NCBI GenBank assembly: GCA_035546575.1
Contig: DASZWN010000001.1
Span: 49,082-113,081 of the forward strand
Origin: Minisyncoccota bacterium
Lineage (GTDB): Bacteria; Patescibacteriota; Minisyncoccia; Phycocordibacterales; SBAW01
Length of the DNA: 64,000 bases
Direction of reading: 5' to 3'
The translations under genes and the position numbers were made by a program. A model generated the notes under the pieces. It was not told the origin of the DNA. It ran no database searches and saw nothing but the letters and a program-made list of their open reading frames with translations. Shown in pieces: positions 56,405-64,000 of this stretch (within the stretch, counting starts at the first letter, position 1; every line of letters starts with the position of its first letter).

Positions 56405-57316
56405 ATGGCCTCTAGCGATTTAAAAACACTAAAAGTCGAGTTTCTGGAGTACTTAGAGATAGAGAAAGGCCGCTCTATAAAGACGGTCGAGAATTACGAC
56501 CGCTACCTCTCCCGCTATCTCGCGTTTGCTAAAGTCTCCTCCCCTGCCGCCATTACTGAGCGCTCGGTACGCGAGTTCCGCATCCACCTCAACCGCCAGC
56601 AAGGTATATCCGGCACGATGAAGCACAAGACCCAGAACTACTACATGATTTCTCTGCGCGCGTTCCTTAAGTTTTTGCGCAAGCGCGAGATAGAGTCGCT
56701 CAACCCCGAGCGCATCGAGCTAGCCAAGATCGGTGCTCGCGACCTCGACCTAATATCGAGCGAGGAGCTCAACCGGCTTATCAATGGCCCCAAAGGCGAC
56801 TCGCTCACCGCGCTGCGCGACAAAGCTATCATGGAGCTTTTTTTCTCGACCGGTTTGCGCGTATCGGAGCTCACCGGCCTTAATCGCGATCTCGACCTCT
56901 CGCGCGACGAGTTTAGCGTGCGCGGCAAGGGCGAGAAGGTCCGGGTGGTGTTTCTCTCCCCCGCTGCCAAGGCTGCGATAAAAAAATATCTCGACAAGCG
57001 CGGCGACATAGACGACGCGCTCTTTATACAAATGGGCAAAGCATCCAAAACTGCTAAACAATTGCGGCTTACTCCCCGCTCGGTGGAGCGCATGATCAAG
57101 CAGTATGCAACCAAGGCCGGCATCACCCGCAAAGTAACCCCGCATGTGATCCGCCACTCTTTTGCGACCGACCTGCTAGAGAGCGGCGCCGATCTGCGCT
57201 CAGTGCAGGCGCTCTTGGGCCATGCAAACATTGCGACAACCCAGGTCTATACGCACATCACCGACAAACACCTGAGAGAAATCCATAAAAAATTCCACGG
57301 CCAGCGGAGGAAGTAA
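56405..57316 (+). CDS. XerC/XerD-family tyrosine recombinase
   Basis: N-terminal SAM-like domain; GLRVSEL, GKGEKVR, HVIRHSFAT, LLGH, TQVY. Confidence 0.93.
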   Translation: MASSDLKTLKVEFLEYLEIEKGRSIKTVENYDRYLSRYLAFAKVSSPAAITERSVREFRIHLNRQQGISGTMKHKTQNYYMISLRAFLKFLRKREIESLNPERIELAKIGARDLDLISSEELNRLINGPKGDSLTALRDKAIMELFFSTGLRVSELTGLNRDLDLSRDEFSVRGKGEKVRVVFLSPAAKAAIKKYLDKRGDIDDALFIQMGKASKTAKQLRLTPRSVERMIKQYATKAGITRKVTPHVIRHSFATDLLESGADLRSVQALLGHANIATTQVYTHITDKHLREIHKKFHGQRRK

Positions 57317-57371
57317 AAACAAAAGCCGCCCCGATCATTGATGTCGGGGCGGGTAGAACTATGGGGCGCGT

Positions 57372-57746
57372 CTAGTGCGCGGGGGAAAGATCAAAGAACA
57401 GGTCTGCACCTATTTGGCTATGCCGGACGGCGCGGATAGTGTTCCGTTTTCCGCTCGTAATCTCTTCCCTGAGAAGTAATTCAGCACACTCGCCATTGCT
57501 GAACTCTTGCTCAAGAAGACGGCAGAGATCCTGCTGACCTTCACGGCTCATTGCGCCGATGAAAAGGTGCACGTCCTTCGAAGTGGTGCCAAGCACCCAG
57601 TTGGCACCAAGCCGATCGTTCTTTACGTACGTTCGGTACACTCGCGCTCCTTGGGAGGCAATTCGCGCAAGATCAGTTACGACCTTGTTGAGGTAAACAT
57701 ATTCAGGGTGGTCACCATTGGGCCGTGCCACTTGAACTACACGCAT
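57372..57746 (-). CDS. Hypothetical protein
   Basis: AGGAG SD before MRVVQV; shares hairpin 57326-57352 with the convergent xer gene. Confidence 0.5.
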   Translation of the reverse strand: MRVVQVARPNGDHPEYVYLNKVVTDLARIASQGARVYRTYVKNDRLGANWVLGTTSKDVHLFIGAMSREGQQDLCRLLEQEFSNGECAELLLREEITSGKRNTIRAVRHSQIGADLFFDLSPAH

Positions 57747-57873
57747 TGCAGATTCTCCTTTTTCGTAGGATCCGCGGTAGCGTCGAACCCGCATACCTAT
57801 CGAGAGGAACAAACGACGCTACCTACAGATTACCAGTAAAAATCAGATATGTCAATTATGGTATTCTGAGGCC

Positions 57874-58665
57874 ATGAAACTCATCTCCTGGAATGTTAAT
57901 GGGATACGGGCTGTGCATAATAAAGGCTTATTTCTGGCTTTTATTGCCAAATACAAGCCGGATATCCTCTGTTTGCAGGAGACAAAGGCCTTGCCTGGCC
58001 AGGCGGAGATCGACCTGCCCGAGTACGAGGAGTACTGGAATTCGGCCGAGAAAAAGGGCTACAGCGGCACTGCAATTTTTACCAAAATAAAGCCTCTGAG
58101 CATCCGGTTGGGCTTCCCAAGCGAGATAGCCAAGAAATACAAGCTAAAAGACGATTACGGCGACACCGGGACCGAGGGCCGTATCATTGCGGCGGAGTTT
58201 AAAGACTTTTGGGTAGTAACCGTCTACACCCCCAACTCTAAGCCTGATCTCTCGCGGCTCGCTATGCGCCATCAGCACTGGGACCCTGCTTTTTTGGCCT
58301 ATGTAAAGCAGCTCGAGAAGGAGAAACCTGTTATATTCTGCGGCGACCTGAATGCTGCCCATACGGCCGAGGACCTCGCCAACCCCAAGGCCAACGAAGG
58401 CGAGCACGGCTTCACCCCCGAGGAGCGCGAGGGCATAGGGCAGATCATTAAAGCGGGGTTTGTAGACTCCTTCCGGCATTTTACCCCCACTGGCAATGGC
58501 CACTACACCTGGTGGACCCACTGGGCCAACTCTCGGGCGCGCAATGTGGGTTGGCGCATAGACTATTTCTTTGTATCTAAAAAACTGGCCTCAAAGCTCA
58601 AAAAAGCGGAGATTTTGGCCGAGGTTATGGGCTCAGACCACTGCCCTGTTTCCATCGAGTTCTAA
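57874..58665 (+). CDS. xth: Exodeoxyribonuclease III
   Basis: SWNVNG, LQETK, GYSGTA, GDLN.AH, YTWW, GWRIDY, SDHCP. Confidence 0.97.
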   Translation: MKLISWNVNGIRAVHNKGLFLAFIAKYKPDILCLQETKALPGQAEIDLPEYEEYWNSAEKKGYSGTAIFTKIKPLSIRLGFPSEIAKKYKLKDDYGDTGTEGRIIAAEFKDFWVVTVYTPNSKPDLSRLAMRHQHWDPAFLAYVKQLEKEKPVIFCGDLNAAHTAEDLANPKANEGEHGFTPEEREGIGQIIKAGFVDSFRHFTPTGNGHYTWWTHWANSRARNVGWRIDYFFVSKKLASKLKKAEILAEVMGSDHCPVSIEF

Positions 58666-59000
58666 TACAAAACTCCGCCCTTGGAGTAGTGGGCGGAGTG
58701 CGGGCAATATCATAAAGTTGGAAGCAAACGAACTTGTGCTTCTATCGATCGTTTGGCGTTAGAAATCCAAATTTTTTAGAACCAAGTTTAGGGGATTCTT
58801 ACGCTATAGCGACCGAACGACAATGACTATGTGATAGTGCCCAATGCGTGTACATCGCATTAGGGACAGAGCAACCTTTTATCTACCCAGGGTTTAAATA
58901 GAAAAAGGAATTTTTTATTTGTATCCGATATTGATAATATGTCCTTTAGAAAAAGTGTAAAGGACATAAAAGACAAATCTGTGGACAACTGCCGAAATCG

Positions 59001-60473
59001 CTAATCTACGAAGTGTTTTTTGCGGATTTCTTGTATATCAGCCTCCTCTGCGGCATCTTTTTTCTCCTTTCCCTCTTCACCAAGTGTTCGAAGTTTTGTA
59101 TCTGAAAGCTTAGCCAGCTCCAGAGTTTTCTTTTCCAGAAACTCTTTTGTGTTTAGGTCCGGGTCATCGAGCACAAGTTCAAGGAGGGCATGGAGTATCC
59201 ACCCAATGCGCGGGCCGGGGCTTTCACGTGTAACATCCATCACCCCTTTGCCATCGATCTTGAGCATGCTGACTGAAATCGGGTCTCGGAGTGCCTGGTC
59301 TATCATGGCTTGATACTTGCGTAGCCGGAATGGCTGCTCCTTGGGCCTCCCTGTCCCTATCCGATCACAGATACGCAATTGGACCAGCTCCTCGATGTTT
59401 TCACGGGAAACATTGGTGATAACCCGGCGTACTGCCGAAAGGGTTACCTTGTCTGGGTCGGAAAAGAACATATGCCACCGTACCAGCTTCTCTGTCTTAT
59501 CAATAGTTTCACGTGAAAAATGGAGATCCTCAAGCGCCTTTTTGGTGATACGGGCCCCTACTACATCGTGGCCATGGAACGTCCAGTCCCCCTTCTCCTC
59601 GGACCATCGTCGGGCCTTTGGCTTCCCCACGTCATGAAACAGCGCTGCTAGGCGTACCTCAAAGCTCCACCCCTTATCGGCGGCATGCTGGAGCGAGCGC
59701 ATATTGTGCTCAAAAACGTCGTACGAGTGGGCCTGGTTCTGCTCTACTCCAATCCCTGCTTCTATGTCAGGTGCTATGTAGCGCAAAACCCCTATGCTGT
59801 GGGCCAAAACAAGTGCTTTCATAGGCTTTGTAGAGTTAAGTATCCGGACAAACTCATCGCGAATGCGCTCTCTGGATATTTTGGCCAACTGAGAGGCATT
59901 TTTAGCCATGGCTGCCCGAGTTTCCTCCTCGATAGTGAAGTTGAGTTCTGCAGATATCCGGATAGCTCGCAGGATGCGCAGGGCGTCCTCCGCAAAGCGC
60001 TCGTTAGGATCTCCTACCGCGCGGATCAGATTGTCCTTTATGTCCTTTATACCCTCGTAAAGGTCAACCAGCTCGTTCTTGCTCGGGCTATAGGCCAACG
60101 CATTGATAGTAAAGTCGCGACGTTTAAGATCGTCCTCGAGCTTTTGGCTAAACTGCACACTGTCGGGTCGACGAGCGTCGCTATACTTACCTTCTAGCCT
60201 ATATGGGGTCGCCTCTATCACTTGTAAGGTCTCATCTGTTGTCTCAGTGACTATGCCTACGGTGCCAAAATCGTTGGTATAGAAAGTATTTTCAAATAAC
60301 CCTTGGATTTGCTCAGGATTGGCGTTTGTAGTGATATCCCAGTCCTTAGGGCGCTTCCCTATCAGTAGGTCGCGTATGCAGCCGCCCACCACCCAAGCCT
60401 CAAAGCCAGCATTTTCAAGCTTTTTTGTTACTTTAAGCACTTCTTCAGGGATTTGGCTTTGCCGCACTTGCAT
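59001..60473 (-). CDS. cca: CCA tRNA nucleotidyltransferase with HD domain
   Basis: VGGCIRD, DWDI, RRDFTINA, EDALRILRA, ERIRDE, HDVGK; most tRNAs here lack an encoded CCA. Confidence 0.9.
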   Translation of the reverse strand: MQVRQSQIPEEVLKVTKKLENAGFEAWVVGGCIRDLLIGKRPKDWDITTNANPEQIQGLFENTFYTNDFGTVGIVTETTDETLQVIEATPYRLEGKYSDARRPDSVQFSQKLEDDLKRRDFTINALAYSPSKNELVDLYEGIKDIKDNLIRAVGDPNERFAEDALRILRAIRISAELNFTIEEETRAAMAKNASQLAKISRERIRDEFVRILNSTKPMKALVLAHSIGVLRYIAPDIEAGIGVEQNQAHSYDVFEHNMRSLQHAADKGWSFEVRLAALFHDVGKPKARRWSEEKGDWTFHGHDVVGARITKKALEDLHFSRETIDKTEKLVRWHMFFSDPDKVTLSAVRRVITNVSRENIEELVQLRICDRIGTGRPKEQPFRLRKYQAMIDQALRDPISVSMLKIDGKGVMDVTRESPGPRIGWILHALLELVLDDPDLNTKEFLEKKTLELAKLSDTKLRTLGEEGKEKKDAAEEADIQEIRKKHFVD

Positions 60474-60510
60474 GGCACAATTCTAGCACGCCCACCTTGG
60501 GCCTATCTTT

Positions 60511-60582
60511 GCGTCCGTGGTGAAATGGATATCATCGCTGCCTTCGAAGCAGTTGTTGTGGGTTCGAATCCTGCCGGACGCA
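60511..60582 (+). tRNA. tRNA-Arg(TCG)
   Basis: GCGTCCGTGGTGAAATGGATATCATC-GCTGC-CTTCGAA-GCAGT...GGTTCGAATCCTGCCGGACGCA. Confidence 0.92.
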
Positions 60583-60760
60583 CAAAAGACACAACAAACT
60601 GCCCTGCGGCAGGTTTTGTGCTTTTGGGCGAGACGGAGCGTTGTTTTGCAATGGCAAAACCGCGAGTCGGAGTCGTCGAGCGATTTTGCTGACGAGCAAA
60701 ATCGACATGTGACCACTTGCGTAGGCAGAACCTGTGACCGAATCCCCTGCCGGACGCACA
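60583..60760 (+). other. tRNA-trailer structured element, copy B, ending in a duplicated tRNA 3' end
   Basis: GAC-GGA-GCG-TT-GTTTTGC-AATG-GCAAAAC-CGC-GA-GTC; CGATTTTGCT-GACG-AGCAAAATCG; direct repeat CCTGCCGGACGCACA at 60570 and 60746. Confidence 0.78.
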
Positions 60761-60796
60761 TGTTTGTGATATAGTGTTTTCGTAGAATTGAAATAC

Positions 60797-60867
60797 GCGG
60801 ATATTGTTTAATGGTAGGACGCGTCCTTGCCAAGGACGAGGTGGGAGTTCGATTCTCCCTATCCGCA
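60797..60867 (+). tRNA. tRNA-Gly(GCC)
   Basis: GCGGATATTGTTTAATGGTAGGACG-CGTCC-TTGCCAA-GGACG...GTTCGATTC...ATCCGCA. Confidence 0.94.
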
Positions 60868-60869
60868 CT

Positions 60870-61065
60870 GGTTTTGTTTGTTCTAGCTCCCTCTTTGCAA
60901 TAGAAAATAAAAGACATCCATTTTGTGGATAATCGAAAGACCTAAGAATAAGGGTTTTTTGAGAAAAGCTGTGGATAAAGGTGGGGAAATGTGCATAAAG
61001 GACGTCTTTAAAGATGGCCTAGAAGGCCTTAATACTGTTTCATATGTAACGTTTCCCGTGAAATT
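60870..61065. promoter_or_regulatory. Candidate replication origin (DnaA-box cluster)
   Basis: TGTGGATAA at 60924 and 60970, TGTGCATAA at 60990; AT-rich intergenic with adjacent parS-like sites. Confidence 0.6.
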
Positions 61066-61085
61066 TGCTTAAAATACCCTTATTT

Positions 61086-61478
61086 ATGGCCAAAACTGAA
61101 AAAAGACGGGTCGGAGATGTGGGCGAAGCGATAGTCTGCACCTATTTAGAGGGTAAGGGGTACAAAGTCATCGACCGTAACTACCTTAAGCCGTGGGGAG
61201 AGATAGACATCGTGGCCGAAAAGGGCGATTTGACCATATTTATAGAGGTAAAATCCGTATCGAGGCCTTTAAAAGAGGGGATTTCACGGGAAACGTATCG
61301 TCCAGAGGACAATATGCACCCAGCTAAGATAAAAAGGCTCCATCGGGCTATCCAGACCTACCTTCTTGAAAAGAAAATCCCGGAAAATAGGGAATGGCAG
61401 CTCCATTTGGCGTGTGCCTATTTGGATTTTACTACCCATAAAGCAAGGGTAGAGCTCTTGGAGAATGTGGTGTTGTAA
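61086..61478 (+). CDS. YraN family (UPF0102) endonuclease
   Basis: G..GE..V..YL..KGY..IDRNY...GEIDIVA...FIEVK. Confidence 0.92.
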   Translation: MAKTEKRRVGDVGEAIVCTYLEGKGYKVIDRNYLKPWGEIDIVAEKGDLTIFIEVKSVSRPLKEGISRETYRPEDNMHPAKIKRLHRAIQTYLLEKKIPENREWQLHLACAYLDFTTHKARVELLENVVL

Positions 61479-61554
61479 TGCTATTCTCAGTCAGTCACAG
61501 TCTAACCCTGGCGTCTTATACCGATAGTCGCTTGAGTGGGGTCAAACACTGAGT

Positions 61555-61625
61555 CGGGGCGTCGTATATCGGTAGTACGCTTGCTTTGGGAGCAAGATGG
61601 CCCAGTTCGATTCTGGGCGCCCCGA
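61555..61625 (+). tRNA. tRNA-Pro(TGG)
   Basis: CGGGGCGTCGTATATCGGTAGTACG-CTTGC-TTTGGGA-GCAAG...GTTCGATTCTGGGCGCCCCGA. Confidence 0.93.
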
Positions 61626-61673
61626 CTCAGTGTTTGACCGGATGTGCGGGGCACATCCGTGGCTCCGAAGGAG

Positions 61674-61705
61674 AAGATGGCCCAGTTCGATTCTGGGCGC
61701 CCCGA
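61674..61705 (+). repeat. 32-bp exact direct repeat of the tRNA-Pro 3' half
   Basis: AAGATGGCCCAGTTCGATTCTGGGCGCCCCGA at 61594-61625 and 61674-61705. Confidence 0.92.
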
Positions 61706-61712
61706 ACGTAAC

Positions 61713-62585
61713 ATGGAAAGAGTCACTTTGATCACAAGGCCATCGGTAGGATACGAGCTCCTCGACTCCGGTGGGGAAGAGAAGCTGGAGCGATTTGGAA
61801 ATGTCATACTAAGGCGGCCCGACCCGCAAGCCTTATGGGAAAAGGGTTCAAACCACGAAGTCTGGGGCAAGGCGGAGGGGACATTCGTGAGAGAGGGTGG
61901 GGAAGGGAAGTGGACCCTCAAGAGCAGTGTTCCTAAAGAGTGGTTGATCAAACTAGACGGTTTGTCGTTTTTAATACGCCCGACTTCTTTTAAACATACC
62001 GGCGTATTTCCGGAACAACTTTCTAACTGGGAGTGGACAAAAGAAACAATACACAACGCGGGTAGGGAAGTCTCGGTATTAAATTTGTTTGGTTACACCG
62101 GAGGTGCCACGCTTGCCGCAGCGCAAGCAGGCGCCTCGGTCACGCACGTTGATGCGTCAAAGACAGCGGTGGCATGGGCGCGAGAAAATGCTGCGGCGTC
62201 GGGTCTTGCAGACAAACCCATACGCTGGATCACCGAAGACGTGCTTGTATTTGTAAAACGAGAAATCAAGCGCGGCACCAAGTACGACGCTATCATTATG
62301 GACCCGCCGGCGTTTGGGCATGGCCCGGGAGGCGAGTTGTGGAAGATAGAAGATGATCTACTGCCCTTGATAGAGCTTTGCTCGCACCTACTTTCGGACA
62401 AGCCGTTGTTCATCGTGATGAACGGATATGCGGCAGGGTACTCGCCGCTTGCGTTTGCCTACAATCTTGAACCATTTACCAGAAAGCTCGGTGGAGAGAT
62501 TGAGTACGGCGACCTCATGATACAAGAAGCAAAAGGCGAGCGGAGCTTGCCGTGCGGTATTTTTGCGCGTTGGAGGGCGAGCTAG
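61713..62585 (+). CDS. Class I SAM-dependent methyltransferase (RlmI/YwbD-like)
   Basis: YELLDSG..EKLERFG, FKHTGVFPEQ, VLNLFGYTGG, IIMDPPAFG. Confidence 0.9.
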   Translation: MERVTLITRPSVGYELLDSGGEEKLERFGNVILRRPDPQALWEKGSNHEVWGKAEGTFVREGGEGKWTLKSSVPKEWLIKLDGLSFLIRPTSFKHTGVFPEQLSNWEWTKETIHNAGREVSVLNLFGYTGGATLAAAQAGASVTHVDASKTAVAWARENAAASGLADKPIRWITEDVLVFVKREIKRGTKYDAIIMDPPAFGHGPGGELWKIEDDLLPLIELCSHLLSDKPLFIVMNGYAAGYSPLAFAYNLEPFTRKLGGEIEYGDLMIQEAKGERSLPCGIFARWRAS

Positions 62586-63736
62586 CGGTGCTCGATTACT
62601 TTTACTAACGTAGCTTTTTCTGCCGGGGCAACATTTTTTGCAAAGTTAGCGGATGCAGTTGCGGTGTTTTGTAACAAAAGTTCCGCAATGCCGCCTTCGC
62701 CGTTGGCCTTGAGGCTGCGGTTTATGTGAGCGAGTGTGATTGCTCTAAGATCACGTTGTGCGGTGGTGTCGGCTGCAGTGTCAGTCGCAATAATCCCTTC
62801 TAGCTGGCCATCTTTTGTACGTACTACGGCACCACCCGAGGAGCCACCTTGCGAGACGATCGTGCCGCCGATTGAGATCAGGTCGATAGAGCGTGCGGTA
62901 CCAAAAGTAAAAAGTTCTTTTACTGTTGCATATGCGGAAGCGACGTAGAGATTCTTTACAATATTTTGCCCGTCAAGAAAGCCAGCCGGATATGCTGCAA
63001 GAAAGGTGCTGTCACCCAAGTCCGGTTCCGTCGATGTCATCGAGAGTGTGGGGAACGTTGCAGGAAGCGATCCTGAGAGTGCGCTGGTCACCACTAAGAA
63101 TGCATAGTCGTTTTCGCCCGTGCCTTTTGCCTGCTCGGCAATAAGCTGCGATGCGTTGTCATTGATCCACACGGGCGGCAAGTAGAGCAGTGTTGCCCGA
63201 TACATCGCCGTGGCCGGACTTCCGGTGCGCACCAAACAATTAACGCTACCTGTCTCGGGGTAGTCGGCAAGCAAGAAAAATTGCCCCACATGCGCATTGG
63301 TGAGTATCACTCCGCGGCTGTCGATAAATACGCCGCTTGCAGATATAGGGTGCACGAGGTTGGTGTTGGTGGTGCACAAAATATTTACGAGCGCTCCGCG
63401 CGTCTGAGTATTGAGTACATCGGCGGCAATGTCTGGAGTAGCAGGAGTAGTTACAACTGGCCCGGTTGGTTGTGGCAGCGAGACTGCCGGTTTTTTAGGA
63501 GCGGTAGTCTTTGGTGGTGTTGAGGTTGCAAGAGTAGACGTAGCCTGTGTGGTTGTGGCAGCAGGTACACGTGCCGTTGTGGTTGCGTAGTCCTGTAGCG
63601 GGTCGATATGTATTGGTGGAGTAGAGACAACGCTGCCGCCTAGGAGTGAGAATAGGGGAGAGAGTGCCATCAGTACTCCAGTAACAACTGAGGCAACGAT
63701 AGCAGAGAGTGCGTGTACAAGTTCCATAAAGTCCAT
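62582..63736 (-). CDS. Membrane-anchored trypsin-like (S1) serine protease
   Basis: Catalytic triad motifs LTNAHV, ENDYAF, GGSSGG; N-terminal TM plus Thr/Pro linker. Confidence 0.85.
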   Translation of the reverse strand: MDFMELVHALSAIVASVVTGVLMALSPLFSLLGGSVVSTPPIHIDPLQDYATTTARVPAATTTQATSTLATSTPPKTTAPKKPAVSLPQPTGPVVTTPATPDIAADVLNTQTRGALVNILCTTNTNLVHPISASGVFIDSRGVILTNAHVGQFFLLADYPETGSVNCLVRTGSPATAMYRATLLYLPPVWINDNASQLIAEQAKGTGENDYAFLVVTSALSGSLPATFPTLSMTSTEPDLGDSTFLAAYPAGFLDGQNIVKNLYVASAYATVKELFTFGTARSIDLISIGGTIVSQGGSSGGAVVRTKDGQLEGIIATDTAADTTAQRDLRAITLAHINRSLKANGEGGIAELLLQNTATASANFAKNVAPAEKATLVKVIEHR

Positions 63737-63773
63737 ATCTGAGATATATATAGTATACGCGCGAGATTGAAAC

Positions 63774-63844
63774 GCGGGATTAGTTTAGTGGTAAAACGAC
63801 AGTTTTCCAAACTGTAGTTGGGAGTCCGATTCTCCCATCCCGCA
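63774..63844 (+). tRNA. tRNA-Gly(TCC)
   Basis: GCGGGATTAGTTTAGTGGTAAAACG-ACAGT-TTTCCAA-ACTGT...GTCCGATTC...ATCCCGCA; the T-loop reads TCCGA rather than TTCGA. Confidence 0.9.
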
Positions 63845-63875
63845 CCGGATGAATTATTAACCACCTTTTAGAGTC

Positions 63876-64000
63876 ATGAATCGCACATCTATCGTCAGTA
63901 TTGTAGCACTCCTCGTTATTGCGGCTGCATTTGGCGTCTGGGTTTGGTACGCCAAACCTATTGTTAAGGGGCCAGCCTTTCAGCACCCGCTCGCGGGCGA
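63876..64000 (+). CDS. N-terminus of a membrane-anchored protein (truncated by window edge)
   Basis: MNRTSIVSIVALLVIAAAFGVWVWYAKP..., open to the end of the window. Confidence 0.6.
   Translation, partial: MNRTSIVSIVALLVIAAAFGVWVWYAKPIVKGPAFQHPLAG

Larger units (their letters stand above)
59220..61295. promoter_or_regulatory. Cluster of six parS-like sites
   Basis: Matches to TGTTTCACGTGAAACA at 59220, 59397, 59505, 61036, 61050 and 61280. Confidence 0.75.

Noticed and set aside
56405-57316. Tyrosine recombinase as an integron or prophage integrase
   Set aside because: Size and motifs fit a housekeeping Xer; no IntI-specific insertion, attC array or phage genes were seen.
60483-60917. ORFs overlapping tRNA-Arg(TCG) and tRNA-Gly
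   Set aside because: Translations of tRNA and hairpin sequence; not credible proteins.
61644-61712. N-terminal extension of the methyltransferase ORF
   Set aside because: Derived from the duplicated tRNA-Pro 3' half; the family-like sequence begins at ATG 61713.
1-64000. CRISPR array, rRNA, transposase, or alternative genetic code (TGA=Gly)
   Set aside because: No regularly spaced repeats, rRNA or transposase ORFs were seen; conserved genes end at TGA and are uninterrupted under code 11.

Overview
A core-genome segment of a small-genome bacterium. Gene content, truncated housekeeping proteins, a VirB4/PrgI/VirB6/pilin cluster and the tRNA set point to Patescibacteria/CPR, Parcubacteria-like; this is inference. 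It uses the standard code (TGA is a stop). It carries dnaA-dnaN, rpmH-rnpA-yidC-jag, polA, ruvA/ruvB/ruvC/ruvX, pcrA, pnp, rpsO, rpsT, tyrS, murE, a class A PBP, pilB, comM, a Xer-type recombinase, xth, a CCA-adding enzyme, 10 tRNAs, a relaxase-free T4SS-like cluster (31.3-43.8 kb) and a 1278-aa Gly-rich surface protein. Five signals are not explained by standard annotation. (1) A homologous structured element with compensatory base changes lies downstream of two different tRNA-Arg genes 50 kb apart, with duplicated tRNA 3' ends there and at tRNA-Pro. (2) A 20-bp palindrome CCTGCCTGCCGGCAGGCAGG occurs 6 times, 3 of them in-frame inside RuvX and PcrA as LPAGRQ. (3) A cluster of DnaA boxes and parS-like sites at 59-61.3 kb suggests oriC lies about 31 kb from dnaA. 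(4) Many genes show a -10 box 6-8 nt before the start codon, consistent with leaderless mRNAs. (5) There are two unannotated small ORFs and a 173-bp element bounded by inverted repeats. All calls were made by eye; no database searches were run.
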